Source: a virus
Taxonomy: Duplodnaviria; Heunggongvirae; Uroviricota; Caudoviricetes
Length of the DNA stretch: 64,000 nt
Virus record (IMG/VR): IMGVR_UViG_3300036790_000223
Direction: 5' to 3' (one strand)
The notes beneath the pieces were generated by a model. It made no database searches. It was not told where the DNA came from and worked only from the letters and a program-made list of their open reading frames with translations. Of the stretch, positions 53,722 through 62,331 are shown in pieces; the stretch's first letter is position 1; every line of letters starts with the position of its first letter. Both the position numbers and the translations under genes were made by a program.

Positions 53722-53822
53722 AGCTGAGGGATGCGGAGTTCCGCCAGAGCCTGGCGATGGGTGCGGTCGTGGTGGCTGCGCTGGCCTTGCTGATTGTGTT
53801 GCTGGCTAAGGGGATCAAGTGA
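53712..53822 (+). CDS. possible 36-aa transmembrane peptide
   Basis: VQVKLRDAEFRQSLAMGAVVVAALALLIVLLAKGIK; GTGA-coupled to next gene. Confidence 0.25.
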   Translation: MQVKLRDAEFRQSLAMGAVVVAALALLIVLLAKGIK

Positions 53823-54280
53823 CTGACGAACGCTTCTACGCTGACCCGGTGGCTAACCGGCTAGCCCTGCACAAACGGTTCAACCCGGCAGAGCTGCGTG
53901 GCGGACATGGGCAGTGGATTGCTGGTTTGGGGTCCCTGGGTGACAAGCTGAACGACGCCGGGTACAACATGGCAGCCGGTGCCGTGGGCAGGGCAGCGCA
54001 GCATGCCAGCGCCGGGGACATGGAAGCAGCGCACCGGTCGCTGGATCACGCCCGTGATGCCGTGCGCGGCAAGCACCAGGAGATGGCCCGCAGTGCCCCC
54101 AGGGCTGGTGAGGTGCGCCCGGATGCTTACGCCCGTGATGATGCGCTGCGCTCCATCGAACAAGCACGCAGCAGCCAGCCTGACCCGGCCACCAGCCGCA
54201 CCACCTTCGGCAGTAACTTCCGTTACGGTGCCGCGATCTCACCCCAGAGCGATGTGGAGCCGAGGCGCAACACCGGATGA
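53819..54280 (+). CDS. hypothetical protein (Ala/Arg-rich, 153 aa)
   Basis: Overlap-coupled within cluster. Confidence 0.5.
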   Translation: MTDERFYADPVANRLALHKRFNPAELRGGHGQWIAGLGSLGDKLNDAGYNMAAGAVGRAAQHASAGDMEAAHRSLDHARDAVRGKHQEMARSAPRAGEVRPDAYARDDALRSIEQARSSQPDPATSRTTFGSNFRYGAAISPQSDVEPRRNTG

Positions 54281-55125
54281 GCCTGACCCCGGTTGAGCGC
54301 CACGATGGCCTCTGGCTCAAGCTGGAGGAGCGTCACCGGCTGCCCAGCGGGGTCAACGGCTCCAAGCTGCGTGCCTGTCAGTACCTGATCGGGGCAGCGA
54401 AGGCCGCCGGTAAGACCCGGGTGATCTCAGCTGCGTCGGTGCTGAGCCCGCAGAACGCCATGGCCGCGAACGTAGCAGCGGACCTGGGCATGGAGTGCAC
54501 CGTCATCCTCGGTGGCACTAAGCCATCCACTGCCGGGCGCCACCGCGCGGTGCAGATCGCCAGCGACTACGGTGCTGACTTCCGGTATATCCCGGTTGGC
54601 TACAACCCGGCCCTCCAGCGCGCCGCCCGCGCCGAAGCCACCGATCCGGCCGCTTACCACCTGCAGTACGGCATCACCACCCCGCCCGATGCCAGCGCAG
54701 TGGAGTTGCGCGCGTTCCATAACGTAGGCGCAGACCAGGTGGCCAACCTGCCTGCTGAGGTGAAGACCCTGGTGATCCCGTTCGGATCCGGCAACACTGC
54801 CGCTGGAGTACTCCTGGGGCTCAGCCAGCAGCCCCCTGAGGCCCTGGAGCGGGTCATCCTCATGGGTATCGGGCCAGACCGTCAAGAATGGCTCTGGAGC
54901 CGTCTGGCCGTCCTGGACGCTAAGGTTCCGGTGCCGGTGACCCACATCGCCTTGCACCCGGACTTTGCCACCTACGGGGACAAGATGAAGGCGTCCATCG
55001 GCCCCATCACGATGCACCCGACCTACGAGGGCAAGATCGTCCGGTGGGCAGATGAGAACCGTCCCCCCTGGTGGACCAGGAGGGACGGTTCAACGGCGAT
55101 GTGGATCGTTGGCGGGCCGATCTAG
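54277..55125 (+). CDS. PLP-dependent enzyme of the ACC-deaminase/D-cysteine-desulfhydrase (Trp-synthase-beta fold) family
   Basis: NGSKLRA matches the PLP-lysine N-K-x-R-K box; Gly-rich FGSGNTAAG loop; 282 aa. Confidence 0.65.
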   Translation: MSLTPVERHDGLWLKLEERHRLPSGVNGSKLRACQYLIGAAKAAGKTRVISAASVLSPQNAMAANVAADLGMECTVILGGTKPSTAGRHRAVQIASDYGADFRYIPVGYNPALQRAARAEATDPAAYHLQYGITTPPDASAVELRAFHNVGADQVANLPAEVKTLVIPFGSGNTAAGVLLGLSQQPPEALERVILMGIGPDRQEWLWSRLAVLDAKVPVPVTHIALHPDFATYGDKMKASIGPITMHPTYEGKIVRWADENRPPWWTRRDGSTAMWIVGGPI

Positions 55126-55643
55126 GCGGCGACCTCCCACCGCAGCTGGTAAGCGGAGGTGACCAGCAGGTGCGCCTCAGCAGCGGCGCCGCACTCAATG
55201 CGGCATTCGCCGCACTCAATGCGGCATTCGCCGCAGTCGATGACCGCATGTAGCCATGCAATTAGGCCACTGCCGGGCCAGAACCATTCCTGGCCAATGC
55301 GGTAGGGCGCGAACATCTTCTGCAGGCGCCGCTCCTGCAACTCCTCGCCGGGGACAGAGAGGATCATCTTCACCCTCAGCTCACCCCCACGCCGCCGCGT
55401 GTTGGCCGAGGTGCCGATCTTCAGATGTGCGCCCCCATCCCAGGCCACGTAAACTCGTTGACCGCTGGCTGCAGTGCGGGTGCGAACGATGGGCGCGACG
55501 CGGGGGACTAGCCTCCGCGCTTCTGTTGTAGTACCATTGTGCACAGAAGTAGTCACCGTTTCTGGTCCTCTTTCCGTTACGGTTTTTACAGATGAAGCTT
55601 GGGCAGCCACCCAAGCTTCATCGCTTTTCCCTGAGAATACCAC
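55122..55643 (-). CDS. T5orf172/GIY-YIG-like domain protein (homing-endonuclease-like), antisense insertion in cluster
   Basis: VYVAWDGGAHLKIGTSANTRRRGGEL ... RIGQEWF core; C-terminal ECGECRI repeats. Confidence 0.65.
   Translation of the reverse strand: MVFSGKSDEAWVAAQASSVKTVTERGPETVTTSVHNGTTTEARRLVPRVAPIVRTRTAASGQRVYVAWDGGAHLKIGTSANTRRRGGELRVKMILSVPGEELQERRLQKMFAPYRIGQEWFWPGSGLIAWLHAVIDCGECRIECGECRIECGAAAEAHLLVTSAYQLRWEVAA
55189..55242. repeat. 21-bp tandem repeat x2.6 (CCGCACTCAATGCGGCATTCG)
   Basis: Two perfect copies plus diverged partial; in-frame within T5orf172 gene. Confidence 0.8.
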
Positions 55644-55864
55644 CAGACGCGCCCACGATCAAGCCTGCGTGCGATGGGTACCGCCCACCCCCGTCAGGCC
55701 CTCGCGGGCCGTCACGGGCCAGCTCAGCGCCAGGTGTAGCACGCTGTAGCTTGCCCAAGCGCTAAGCAAACGGCAGCGTGGCGCAGGTTGGCGCAAATTG
55801 ATGCAGGCTGAGCTGTCGGCGCCGATGGAAAGGGCGTTAAGCCCGGCGTTTAGGCTAGGCGGTC

Positions 55865-56452
55865 ATGGACCTCATCTACATCACCGGAGCCCCGGCCACT
55901 GGCAAGTCAACCCTGATGGCGCAGATTACTAAGGGATGCGAGCGCCAGCCCCGCAGCGGTCCGCCTGCTCACGATGTACTGACCACCCACGGCGGGATCG
56001 TTGGCGCTGAGCTAGGGGTCCGACGTGAGCGTTACAGCGGGACCGACGCCCTGCCACTGAACATCCAGCCTCGCGCGCTCACCTGGCTAGCTCAGATGCC
56101 CTACCGCGTCGTGCTGGGTGAAGGCCAGCGCCTGGGCAACTACGGCTTTCTGTCCGAAGCCATGAACACTGGCTACCGCGTCACCTTGATCCACCTGGTT
56201 GCTGATGAGGTCACGCTCGATGCCCGCCGGGCGGAGCGGGGCAGTGCTCAAGATCCCCGCTGGATGAAAGGCGCGAGCACCCAAGCAGCCAACCTGGCCC
56301 GCCAGTGCAGCGGGGACGGCCGGATCACGGTGGTGGAGCTGGACGCGGCACTGCCGCTGGAGACACTGCTGGAGCAGCTGAACGTCTACCTGCCTGTGCT
56401 GGCGAAACTGGGGGATCATGAAACTTACGGCAGCAGCTCCGGTGCGGCATAA
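55865..56452 (+). CDS. small P-loop kinase (candidate DNA 5-hmU/nucleotide kinase)
   Basis: ITGAPATGKSTL Walker A; 195 aa, size of nucleoside/nucleotide kinases. Confidence 0.65.
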   Translation: MDLIYITGAPATGKSTLMAQITKGCERQPRSGPPAHDVLTTHGGIVGAELGVRRERYSGTDALPLNIQPRALTWLAQMPYRVVLGEGQRLGNYGFLSEAMNTGYRVTLIHLVADEVTLDARRAERGSAQDPRWMKGASTQAANLARQCSGDGRITVVELDAALPLETLLEQLNVYLPVLAKLGDHETYGSSSGAA

Positions 56453-56609
56453 GTGCTGGATTTGCGATGGCACCGGCAGCCGTCAAGCCTATGTCGAAGG
56501 CAACAACAAGTTCCGGATCATCCAGTGTGCGGCCTGCGTCGGGAAGGGGTGGCGCGTCTACCATGACTGGTGCGATGTGGGAATACCGCATCCGGGCAGC
56601 ACGAGCTGA
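56418..56609 (+). CDS. DnaJ-type CxxCxGxG zinc-finger minigene (paralog 4)
   Basis: CWICDGTGS ... CAACVGKGW. Confidence 0.45.
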   Translation: MKLTAAAPVRHKCWICDGTGSRQAYVEGNNKFRIIQCAACVGKGWRVYHDWCDVGIPHPGSTS

Positions 56610-57690
56610 AGCTCAGTTCCGCAACCCGGCCTGCAAGGATGAAGATCACGTAGCGTGCGGCTGCATGTGGGGCAAGAACGTCCCGCAGACCTTCCGTGGT
56701 ATCACCATCGGCCCGCAGGCCGTCAAGCTGCTGAAGCCCAGCGGCAAGCCGCTGGCGATCTACCTGCCTGGCTACATGGCACGGCACACCAGTGACGAAG
56801 CCACCTACGCCATCCTCGACGCGATGGGGCGTACCGGTAAGACCGGCAACCGGGGAGCAGCCGGAGCCACCCCGCAGCTACCCCGAGGCAAGCAGCTGCG
56901 CAGCTACGCGGTACCTATCCACTCCAACATCATGGGTGCGTTCGAGCCGAGCGGGCTGTACAAGACCTGCCGCCTGACCGTCTACACCGCAGCCCACATG
57001 GAAGACTGGAAGGCCCTGGAGCCTGCCCTGCAGGACGTCGCAGCCGCCCTGCAGGAGCACGTGCCGGATCGTTACGCTAAGCAGGCCGAGCAGGCTGCCC
57101 GTACGCTACCGGAGTGGGTGATCCCCGGTACCCCGTTCACCACCGTGACGGTGAACCACTCCTACCCCACCGGAGTCCACACCGACAAAGGTGACCTTGA
57201 TGCTGGGTTCAGCGCTATCTTCGCCGCCCGGCGTGGTCACTACACCGGAGGCGAGCTGTGCTTCCCGCAATACGGGGTGGCGGTAGACCTGCAAGACGGT
57301 GACCTGATCCTGATGGACGCCCACGACTACCACGGCAACACCGCCATGACCTGCGCGTGTGGTAACGACATCCGCAAGCCGTGCAAAGTCTGCGGAGCTG
57401 GCCGGGTCTCGGTGGTCACGTACTTCCGCACTAAGATGCCTGAATGTGGCAGTGCCGAGGCTGAAGTAGCTAAGGCCGCTGCCCGGGCAGAGCGCCGGAT
57501 GCTCACCGATGCACAGCTGCTCGCAGAGCTGAACGGAGCCCCGCTCACGGTGAACGCTATTCAGCGCACCCTGAAGCTAGGTGACCTGCGTGCCGCGCGG
57601 GTGCTGCAGCTGGCAGCGGAGACCGGCCGTGAGGTAGCACCTGAAGAACTAGCCAAGGCCCACGCCATCTGGGCTAAGAACGCGGGGTAG
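56563..57690 (+). CDS. 2OG-Fe(II) dioxygenase (candidate TET/JBP-like thymine hydroxylase) with Zn-ribbon and C-terminal winged-helix-like tail
   Basis: HTD (HxD) ... DAHDYHGN distal His ... RVSVVTYFR; CACGN..CKVCG; start could be a few codons later. Confidence 0.6.
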   Translation: MTGAMWEYRIRAARAEAQFRNPACKDEDHVACGCMWGKNVPQTFRGITIGPQAVKLLKPSGKPLAIYLPGYMARHTSDEATYAILDAMGRTGKTGNRGAAGATPQLPRGKQLRSYAVPIHSNIMGAFEPSGLYKTCRLTVYTAAHMEDWKALEPALQDVAAALQEHVPDRYAKQAEQAARTLPEWVIPGTPFTTVTVNHSYPTGVHTDKGDLDAGFSAIFAARRGHYTGGELCFPQYGVAVDLQDGDLILMDAHDYHGNTAMTCACGNDIRKPCKVCGAGRVSVVTYFRTKMPECGSAEAEVAKAAARAERRMLTDAQLLAELNGAPLTVNAIQRTLKLGDLRAARVLQLAAETGREVAPEELAKAHAIWAKNAG

Positions 57691-57694
57691 AGAA

Positions 57695-57841
57695 ATGGCC
57701 CGGACCTCCTACACCAAGCCCCGCACCTGCCCAGCGTGCAAAGGTGCAGGCCGCTACATCAGCTACAAAGACGTCCGTGGTGTCCCGAAGCGGGAGACTA
57801 AGGCGTGCAAACGCTGCAAAGGCACCGGCAAGGTAAGCTAG
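57695..57841 (+). CDS. DnaJ-type CxxCxGxG zinc-finger minigene (paralog 5)
   Basis: CPACKGAGR ... CKRCKGTGK. Confidence 0.45.
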   Translation: MARTSYTKPRTCPACKGAGRYISYKDVRGVPKRETKACKRCKGTGKVS

Positions 57842-58607
57842 GTGATCACCCAGGGTCCTGGCTACGGCTGGTTGCAGCACCGGGTCTGACTACTCCCACT
57901 ATCCCGACTTCCCGTGGTTTCGCGCTCCTTCTCCGCGCGACAATCCTGCGCTCCCCCGACATCCCAGCCCAGCGCCGCACCACGCATTGCTGACTACCCA
58001 GCCCAGCACCGCGCCAGCCGACTATCCATCCAGCTCCCGCCCGGTGCAGCCGACTATCCAGCACCCGCCCGTGCCAGACCCGACAAACCGAGCCACCGCT
58101 GGACCCGTCCGACTCACCTAGTCAGGTCTACTCGTTTGCCGACAAGCCGAGCCAGTTCACTGCTGCCCCACCGCACCGCGACATGCCATGTCGCGCCCAA
58201 GCCTGCCTGACGTGCCTATCCGCTGCCGCTCCTCCTCTGACCTAGCCGGTCCTTTCTGACACACCTGTCCGACTCCGACATGCCGACCCGGCGCGTGTTC
58301 CTGACATGCCGCTTCGTTGCGCACCCGACATGCCTCGCCGTCCCCAGTCTTTTCCGACGACCCTGCCCTGCACACCACCCGGCCCATCCGACATAGCTAA
58401 CCAGTCCCTGCTCCGACATCCCTGTCCGACCTAGCCCATGGCATGCCCTGACTAACCCATCCGGACCAGCCTCCGACTTGCCTGGCCGAGCCAAACCCGA
58501 CATCCCATGCCGCCTCATACCACCGCGACAAGTCCAGCCGTGTCTGTCCGCAGCGAATCCAAATCCGACATTCCGGGCCAGAACCTTCTTGCGCTATCCT
58601 GACCCAC
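57842..58607. repeat. C-rich, G-poor non-coding region with at least 10 same-orientation CCGACAT(G/C)C repeats and a CGACATG-C-CATGTCG palindrome
   Basis: Seen directly; ORF-track ORFs here are all short, overlapping and on the G-rich strand. Confidence 0.7.
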
Positions 58608-58859
58608 ATGACAGCCCGTACCAACGCTGAGTTCGCCATCGCACTGATCAAGGCCCGGCGTGAGCAGAACGTGAAGGCAGGACTGTGTCCACGCTGTGGC
58701 AGCGCGATGGTGGGCGGGGACTACATCCGCTTTGCCTGGCGCTGTGTAGCCTGTGAGCAGGACCGGAAGAAAGCAGAAAACGCCCGGCAGATGTTCGCTC
58801 AGCTCCAGGCCCTCGATGGAACGCACCAGCCAAACGCTGTTCGCAAGCCGGGTGCTTGA
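58608..58859 (+). CDS. small Zn-ribbon protein
   Basis: CPRCGSAMVGG...CVACEQ; 83 aa. Confidence 0.45.
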   Translation: MTARTNAEFAIALIKARREQNVKAGLCPRCGSAMVGGDYIRFAWRCVACEQDRKKAENARQMFAQLQALDGTHQPNAVRKPGA

Positions 58860-58875
58860 CAGCGGGTCACGGCGG

Positions 58876-58936
58876 GTTTAAAACTTGAACTGGCTTCAGT
58901 TAATCCTCTCACCAGGGGAAACTTAAAAAATGTGTC
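58876..58936. promoter_or_regulatory. AT-rich island (GGTTTAAAACTTGAACTGGCTTCAGTTAATCC..AAACTTAAAAAATG) upstream of terS
   Basis: Strong local GC drop with TTGAAC and TTAATC boxes. Confidence 0.35.
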
Positions 58937-58952
58937 CGGGGGGAGGGTTTAG

Positions 58953-59504
58953 GTGGTCAGTCGGAGGAGCGCAGAGACCCGAACCCGGGATGCGTACTGC
59001 TACAAGTTGCGCCAGCAGGGGTTCGGCTATCAGCAGATAGCTGACCAGATTCAGCGGGGCTTCAATGAGGCAGCCGCCCTGACCGGCGGCACTCCCCGCA
59101 CGTATTCGTCCATGGCCGCCTGGAAGGCTGTTCAGCGGCACCAGGCAGAGATGCCAGTCGAAGACCGGCAGATGCAGCGCCAGCTCGGCGCAGACCGACT
59201 CGAAGAGCTGTATCAGGCCGCCAAGCGCATCTACGTGTCCCGGCACTACGTGGTCTCCACGACCGGCCGGGTGGTCACTGGTCCTGACGGCACCACCCCG
59301 CTAGAAGACCACGGACCCAAGCTGGCAGCTGTGCGTGAGATGCGGGCACTCGAAGAGTCCCGTCGTAAGCTGTTTGCGCTGGACGCCAAGCCGTCCCTCA
59401 ACACCTTCAGCGAGGACGACGCCGATACGCTGCTGGCTGCCCTGCAGCAGGCAGATGCCACGGTCCTGGAGATAGCCGATGCCGACGAAGACGCCACCGT
59501 CTGA
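58953..59504 (+). CDS. terS: terminase small subunit (N-terminal HTH)
   Basis: RTRDAYCYKLRQQGFGYQQIADQIQRGF HTH; directly upstream of and overlapping terL. Confidence 0.6.
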   Translation: MVSRRSAETRTRDAYCYKLRQQGFGYQQIADQIQRGFNEAAALTGGTPRTYSSMAAWKAVQRHQAEMPVEDRQMQRQLGADRLEELYQAAKRIYVSRHYVVSTTGRVVTGPDGTTPLEDHGPKLAAVREMRALEESRRKLFALDAKPSLNTFSEDDADTLLAALQQADATVLEIADADEDATV

Positions 59505-61023
59505 GCTGGTTCTCGACCTCTCCCCAGCCAAGCGTGCTGCCCTCACCGCCGCTCTGCAACGGCATAAGGCCCGCCAGGCACAAGCAGCAGCGCAGCGGCT
59601 GGCTAACCGTGAGTGGCTGACCATGGCCCGGCCTAAGCAGCTGCCCCCGCACAACCCACGTCACCACTTGCCAGATGAGAACGGCAACGTCTGCGGCTGT
59701 GATGGCGTGGACACCGACTACGAAGTGTGGATGATGTGCGCCGGGCGCGGCCTGGGCAAGACCATGGCCGGAGCCAGCAACCTGGTTATTGATGCCCTGG
59801 CGGGCTGCACGGTCAACCCAGGTGGACACTGCAGGCAGTGTCCGCACACCTGGGGAGTGATCGGGCCAACCCGTGAGGCTGTCCAGGAGATTTGCTTCCA
59901 GGGCGTCAGCGGCATCCTGGCTGCGCTGGAGCCCGAGGAGATTGCCAGCTACAACAAGTCCCTGCTGATGGTGACACTGACCAACGGCAACCAGATCCGG
60001 GGCTTCTCGGCTCAGATTGGCGACCGCCAGCGTGGGCTGAACCTGTCTGGTGTGTGGGTGGACGAGCTGGCGAACTTCCAGTACGAGGACGTCTGGCACC
60101 AGATGCGGTTTGCGCTGCGGATTGGCAAGAACCCGCGCATCTACGTGACCACCACCCCGTACTCCACCCGCTTGATGCGCCAGCTGTTCAAGGATGCGGC
60201 TGAGACCGGCAAGGTGCACATCACCACCGGGCACACCTTCGAGAACAAGGCCAACCTGGGTGCCTCGGCCCTGGAGGCGCTGGAGAAGCGCTACGGCGGC
60301 ACCCGGATGGGACGCCAGGAGCTGGCCGGGGAGCTGCTGGAGGACGTTGAGGGTGCGCTGTGGTGGCGTGCGCTGTTTGACGATCACCGGGTCAAAGCAC
60401 CACCCCGGACCCTGAAGCGCTGCGTGGTGGCGGTGGACCCCGCCATGACCAGCGGCGAGAACAGCGACGAGACCGGGATCATCGTGGCTGGCGTCGGTGA
60501 CGACGACGAAGCGTACGTGCTGGCTGACTTGTCCGGCCGGTTCAGCCCTGGTGAGGGCATGGAGCGCGTGGTCAGGGCGTTCAACGACTTTGAGGCTGAC
60601 TGCATCGTCGCTGAGCAGAACAACGGTGGCGACTTTGTCCGGGACTTGGTGCATACTGTCGACCCGAACGTGCCCTACCGCCAGGTCTACGCCAGCCGGG
60701 GTAAGGCCACCCGTGCTCAGCCTGTCTCAGCGCTGTATGAACAGGGCCGCGTTCACCACGTCGGTACCTTCGCTGAGCTGGAAGACCAGTGCTGCATGTG
60801 GATGCAGGACGACCTCAACTCACCTGACCGGATGGACGCCCTGGTCTGGGCCATCATCTGGCTGCGGGACCTGTATGCCGGGTCGATCACGGGCGCCTAC
60901 GGCTACGGGCACTGCCCGCATTGCGAGTCGTTCATCCGCATGGAGGGCATGAGTTCCTGCGACAAGTGTGGCTCGCCGCTGCGGCTGAGCACCACCAACG
61001 GCAAGAACCCAGCCCTGGTCTAG
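59479..61023 (+). CDS. terL: terminase large subunit
   Basis: ATPase core (MCAGRGLGKT Walker A, VWVDELANF Walker B), RNaseH-like nuclease half (VVAVDPAM...GIIVAG), C-terminal Zn ribbon. Confidence 0.9.
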   Translation: MPTKTPPSELVLDLSPAKRAALTAALQRHKARQAQAAAQRLANREWLTMARPKQLPPHNPRHHLPDENGNVCGCDGVDTDYEVWMMCAGRGLGKTMAGASNLVIDALAGCTVNPGGHCRQCPHTWGVIGPTREAVQEICFQGVSGILAALEPEEIASYNKSLLMVTLTNGNQIRGFSAQIGDRQRGLNLSGVWVDELANFQYEDVWHQMRFALRIGKNPRIYVTTTPYSTRLMRQLFKDAAETGKVHITTGHTFENKANLGASALEALEKRYGGTRMGRQELAGELLEDVEGALWWRALFDDHRVKAPPRTLKRCVVAVDPAMTSGENSDETGIIVAGVGDDDEAYVLADLSGRFSPGEGMERVVRAFNDFEADCIVAEQNNGGDFVRDLVHTVDPNVPYRQVYASRGKATRAQPVSALYEQGRVHHVGTFAELEDQCCMWMQDDLNSPDRMDALVWAIIWLRDLYAGSITGAYGYGHCPHCESFIRMEGMSSCDKCGSPLRLSTTNGKNPALV

Positions 61024-61280
61024 ACCGCGTACTGCAGCCGGAACTGCTCATCAGAGCAGGTGAAGACCAACCCGCCGCGCACGTACAGCCAGCTGCCGTT
61101 CGGGACACCAATCAGCACCCCAGGCACCAGGGCACTGAGTTCGGCGTCGTTGGTGCCGTCGTAGCGGACCGCCGAGCAGGACCCGGCAATGGTGTTGTAG
61201 CTGGTCACCTGATTTTCCATGCCGCCATTCTGCCCTGAGTCGAGGTCCCCCATGCGCAAGATGCTGCTGCTGGTGGGCAC
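61020..61280 (-). CDS. hypothetical protein
   Basis: 86-aa ORF. Confidence 0.4.
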   Translation of the reverse strand: MPTSSSILRMGDLDSGQNGGMENQVTSYNTIAGSCSAVRYDGTNDAELSALVPGVLIGVPNGSWLYVRGGLVFTCSDEQFRLQYAV

Positions 61281-61364
61281 GGGGTTCGTGGCCGGGTGGA
61301 GCGCGAAGATCCTGGCCGAGTACGGGCTGAAGACCGCGCTGGTGCGTACTGGCGAGCGGATGGC

Positions 61365-61682
61365 TCAGGACTGCCCGGTGTGCCCGCCACCTTGAGTCCG
61401 CTGGACCTGCTCGGCGGCAGCGTCCTGCATGGAGTGCAGAAAGTCCTCCATCGGGCCGGGGAAGACAAAGTCGCCCAGGCCAGCCACGATCTGCTGCTTC
61501 ACCTCGGCGGCGCTGTGCTCCGGGTTGTCAGTGACGAACACCTTGAGGGTGCGGCCTTCGTCTTGCTTGCTCAGCATGACCGACACCCCGTACAGGGTGA
61601 GGACCTTGCCCCGTACGTTGCCGTCCTCTAGCTTCCGGTGGTCGATGACCTCAAACCGGGTGACTTTCTCCGTCCCGTCCAT
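61365..61682 (-). CDS. hypothetical protein
   Basis: 105-aa ORF. Confidence 0.45.
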   Translation of the reverse strand: MDGTEKVTRFEVIDHRKLEDGNVRGKVLTLYGVSVMLSKQDEGRTLKVFVTDNPEHSAAEVKQQIVAGLGDFVFPGPMEDFLHSMQDAAAEQVQRTQGGGHTGQS

Positions 61683-61780
61683 GGGCCAACCTTACCCTGT
61701 GTAGCCACAGGAAGATCATTCTTGCCTGATCCACCGGGCTGGTACCCGTACTCACCGGTAACCTACTACTCTGAGTAACC

Positions 61781-61966
61781 ATGCCACGAAAGCCGTCACC
61801 CCACGCAGGCCACGATGTCCACCCGCACACCCACGTGAAGGGCGACGGAGGCAAGCGGAAGCCCTGCAGCGGCCGGTACTGGTGTTGCGGTTGCGGCGAG
61901 TGGTTTGGTGCTCCGCCGTGCCACGGCACCGTGCCTGCACTGGTTAAACCTGTTGCCCGAGGGTAG
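61781..61966 (+). CDS. small Cys/His-rich protein
   Basis: CSGRYWCCGCGEWFGAPPCHG. Confidence 0.35.
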   Translation: MPRKPSPHAGHDVHPHTHVKGDGGKRKPCSGRYWCCGCGEWFGAPPCHGTVPALVKPVARG

Positions 61967-61975
61967 GTGGTCGCT

Positions 61976-62107
61976 ATGGTCCCCGCGCTGTGGGTCTTGG
62001 TTAGTGCTGCTTTCGTCCTTCTAGCGGGGTTCCTGCTCTGGCTGCTGCGAGCTACCGGAGCTGTCATGTCAGATAACCGCCGCTTTGAGCGGCGGCGCCG
62101 GAGGTGA
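61976..62107 (+). CDS. 43-aa transmembrane peptide
   Basis: MVPALWVLVSAAFVLLAGFLLWLLRA...RRRRR. Confidence 0.3.
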   Translation: MVPALWVLVSAAFVLLAGFLLWLLRATGAVMSDNRRFERRRRR

Positions 62108-62110
62108 GCC

Positions 62111-62281
62111 GTGTTCGGTGTCCTGGCTATCGTCGCGTTCATCATCGCTGAGGTCTTTCACCGGGCAGGTGGAAGCGTCACGCAGTATCAGTGGGACGCA
62201 GTATTCTTCGGCTTTATCTTCCTGGCTATCCACCTGGCCTGGCCGTGGTATCCATGGCGCGGTGCCCCTCCCCCGCCCTAA
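62111..62281 (+). CDS. 56-aa two-TM protein
   Basis: VFGVLAIVAFIIAEVF...FFGFIFLAIHLAWPWYPW. Confidence 0.3.
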   Translation: MFGVLAIVAFIIAEVFHRAGGSVTQYQWDAVFFGFIFLAIHLAWPWYPWRGAPPPP

Positions 62282-62290
62282 ACTTCTAGC

Positions 62291-62331
62291 GAATGCAGCC
62301 CCCCTGAAGTGGAAGCAGGGGGGCTGCATTC
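62291..62331 (+). terminator. hairpin with 16-bp perfect arms (GAATGCAGCCCCCCTG)
   Basis: Immediately after the small TM genes. Confidence 0.5.

Noticed and set aside
57846-58826. Five overlapping minus-strand ORFs and one plus ORF across the CCGACAT region
   Set aside because: All short, mutually overlapping, on the G-rich strand of a strongly skewed repeat region; treated as non-coding
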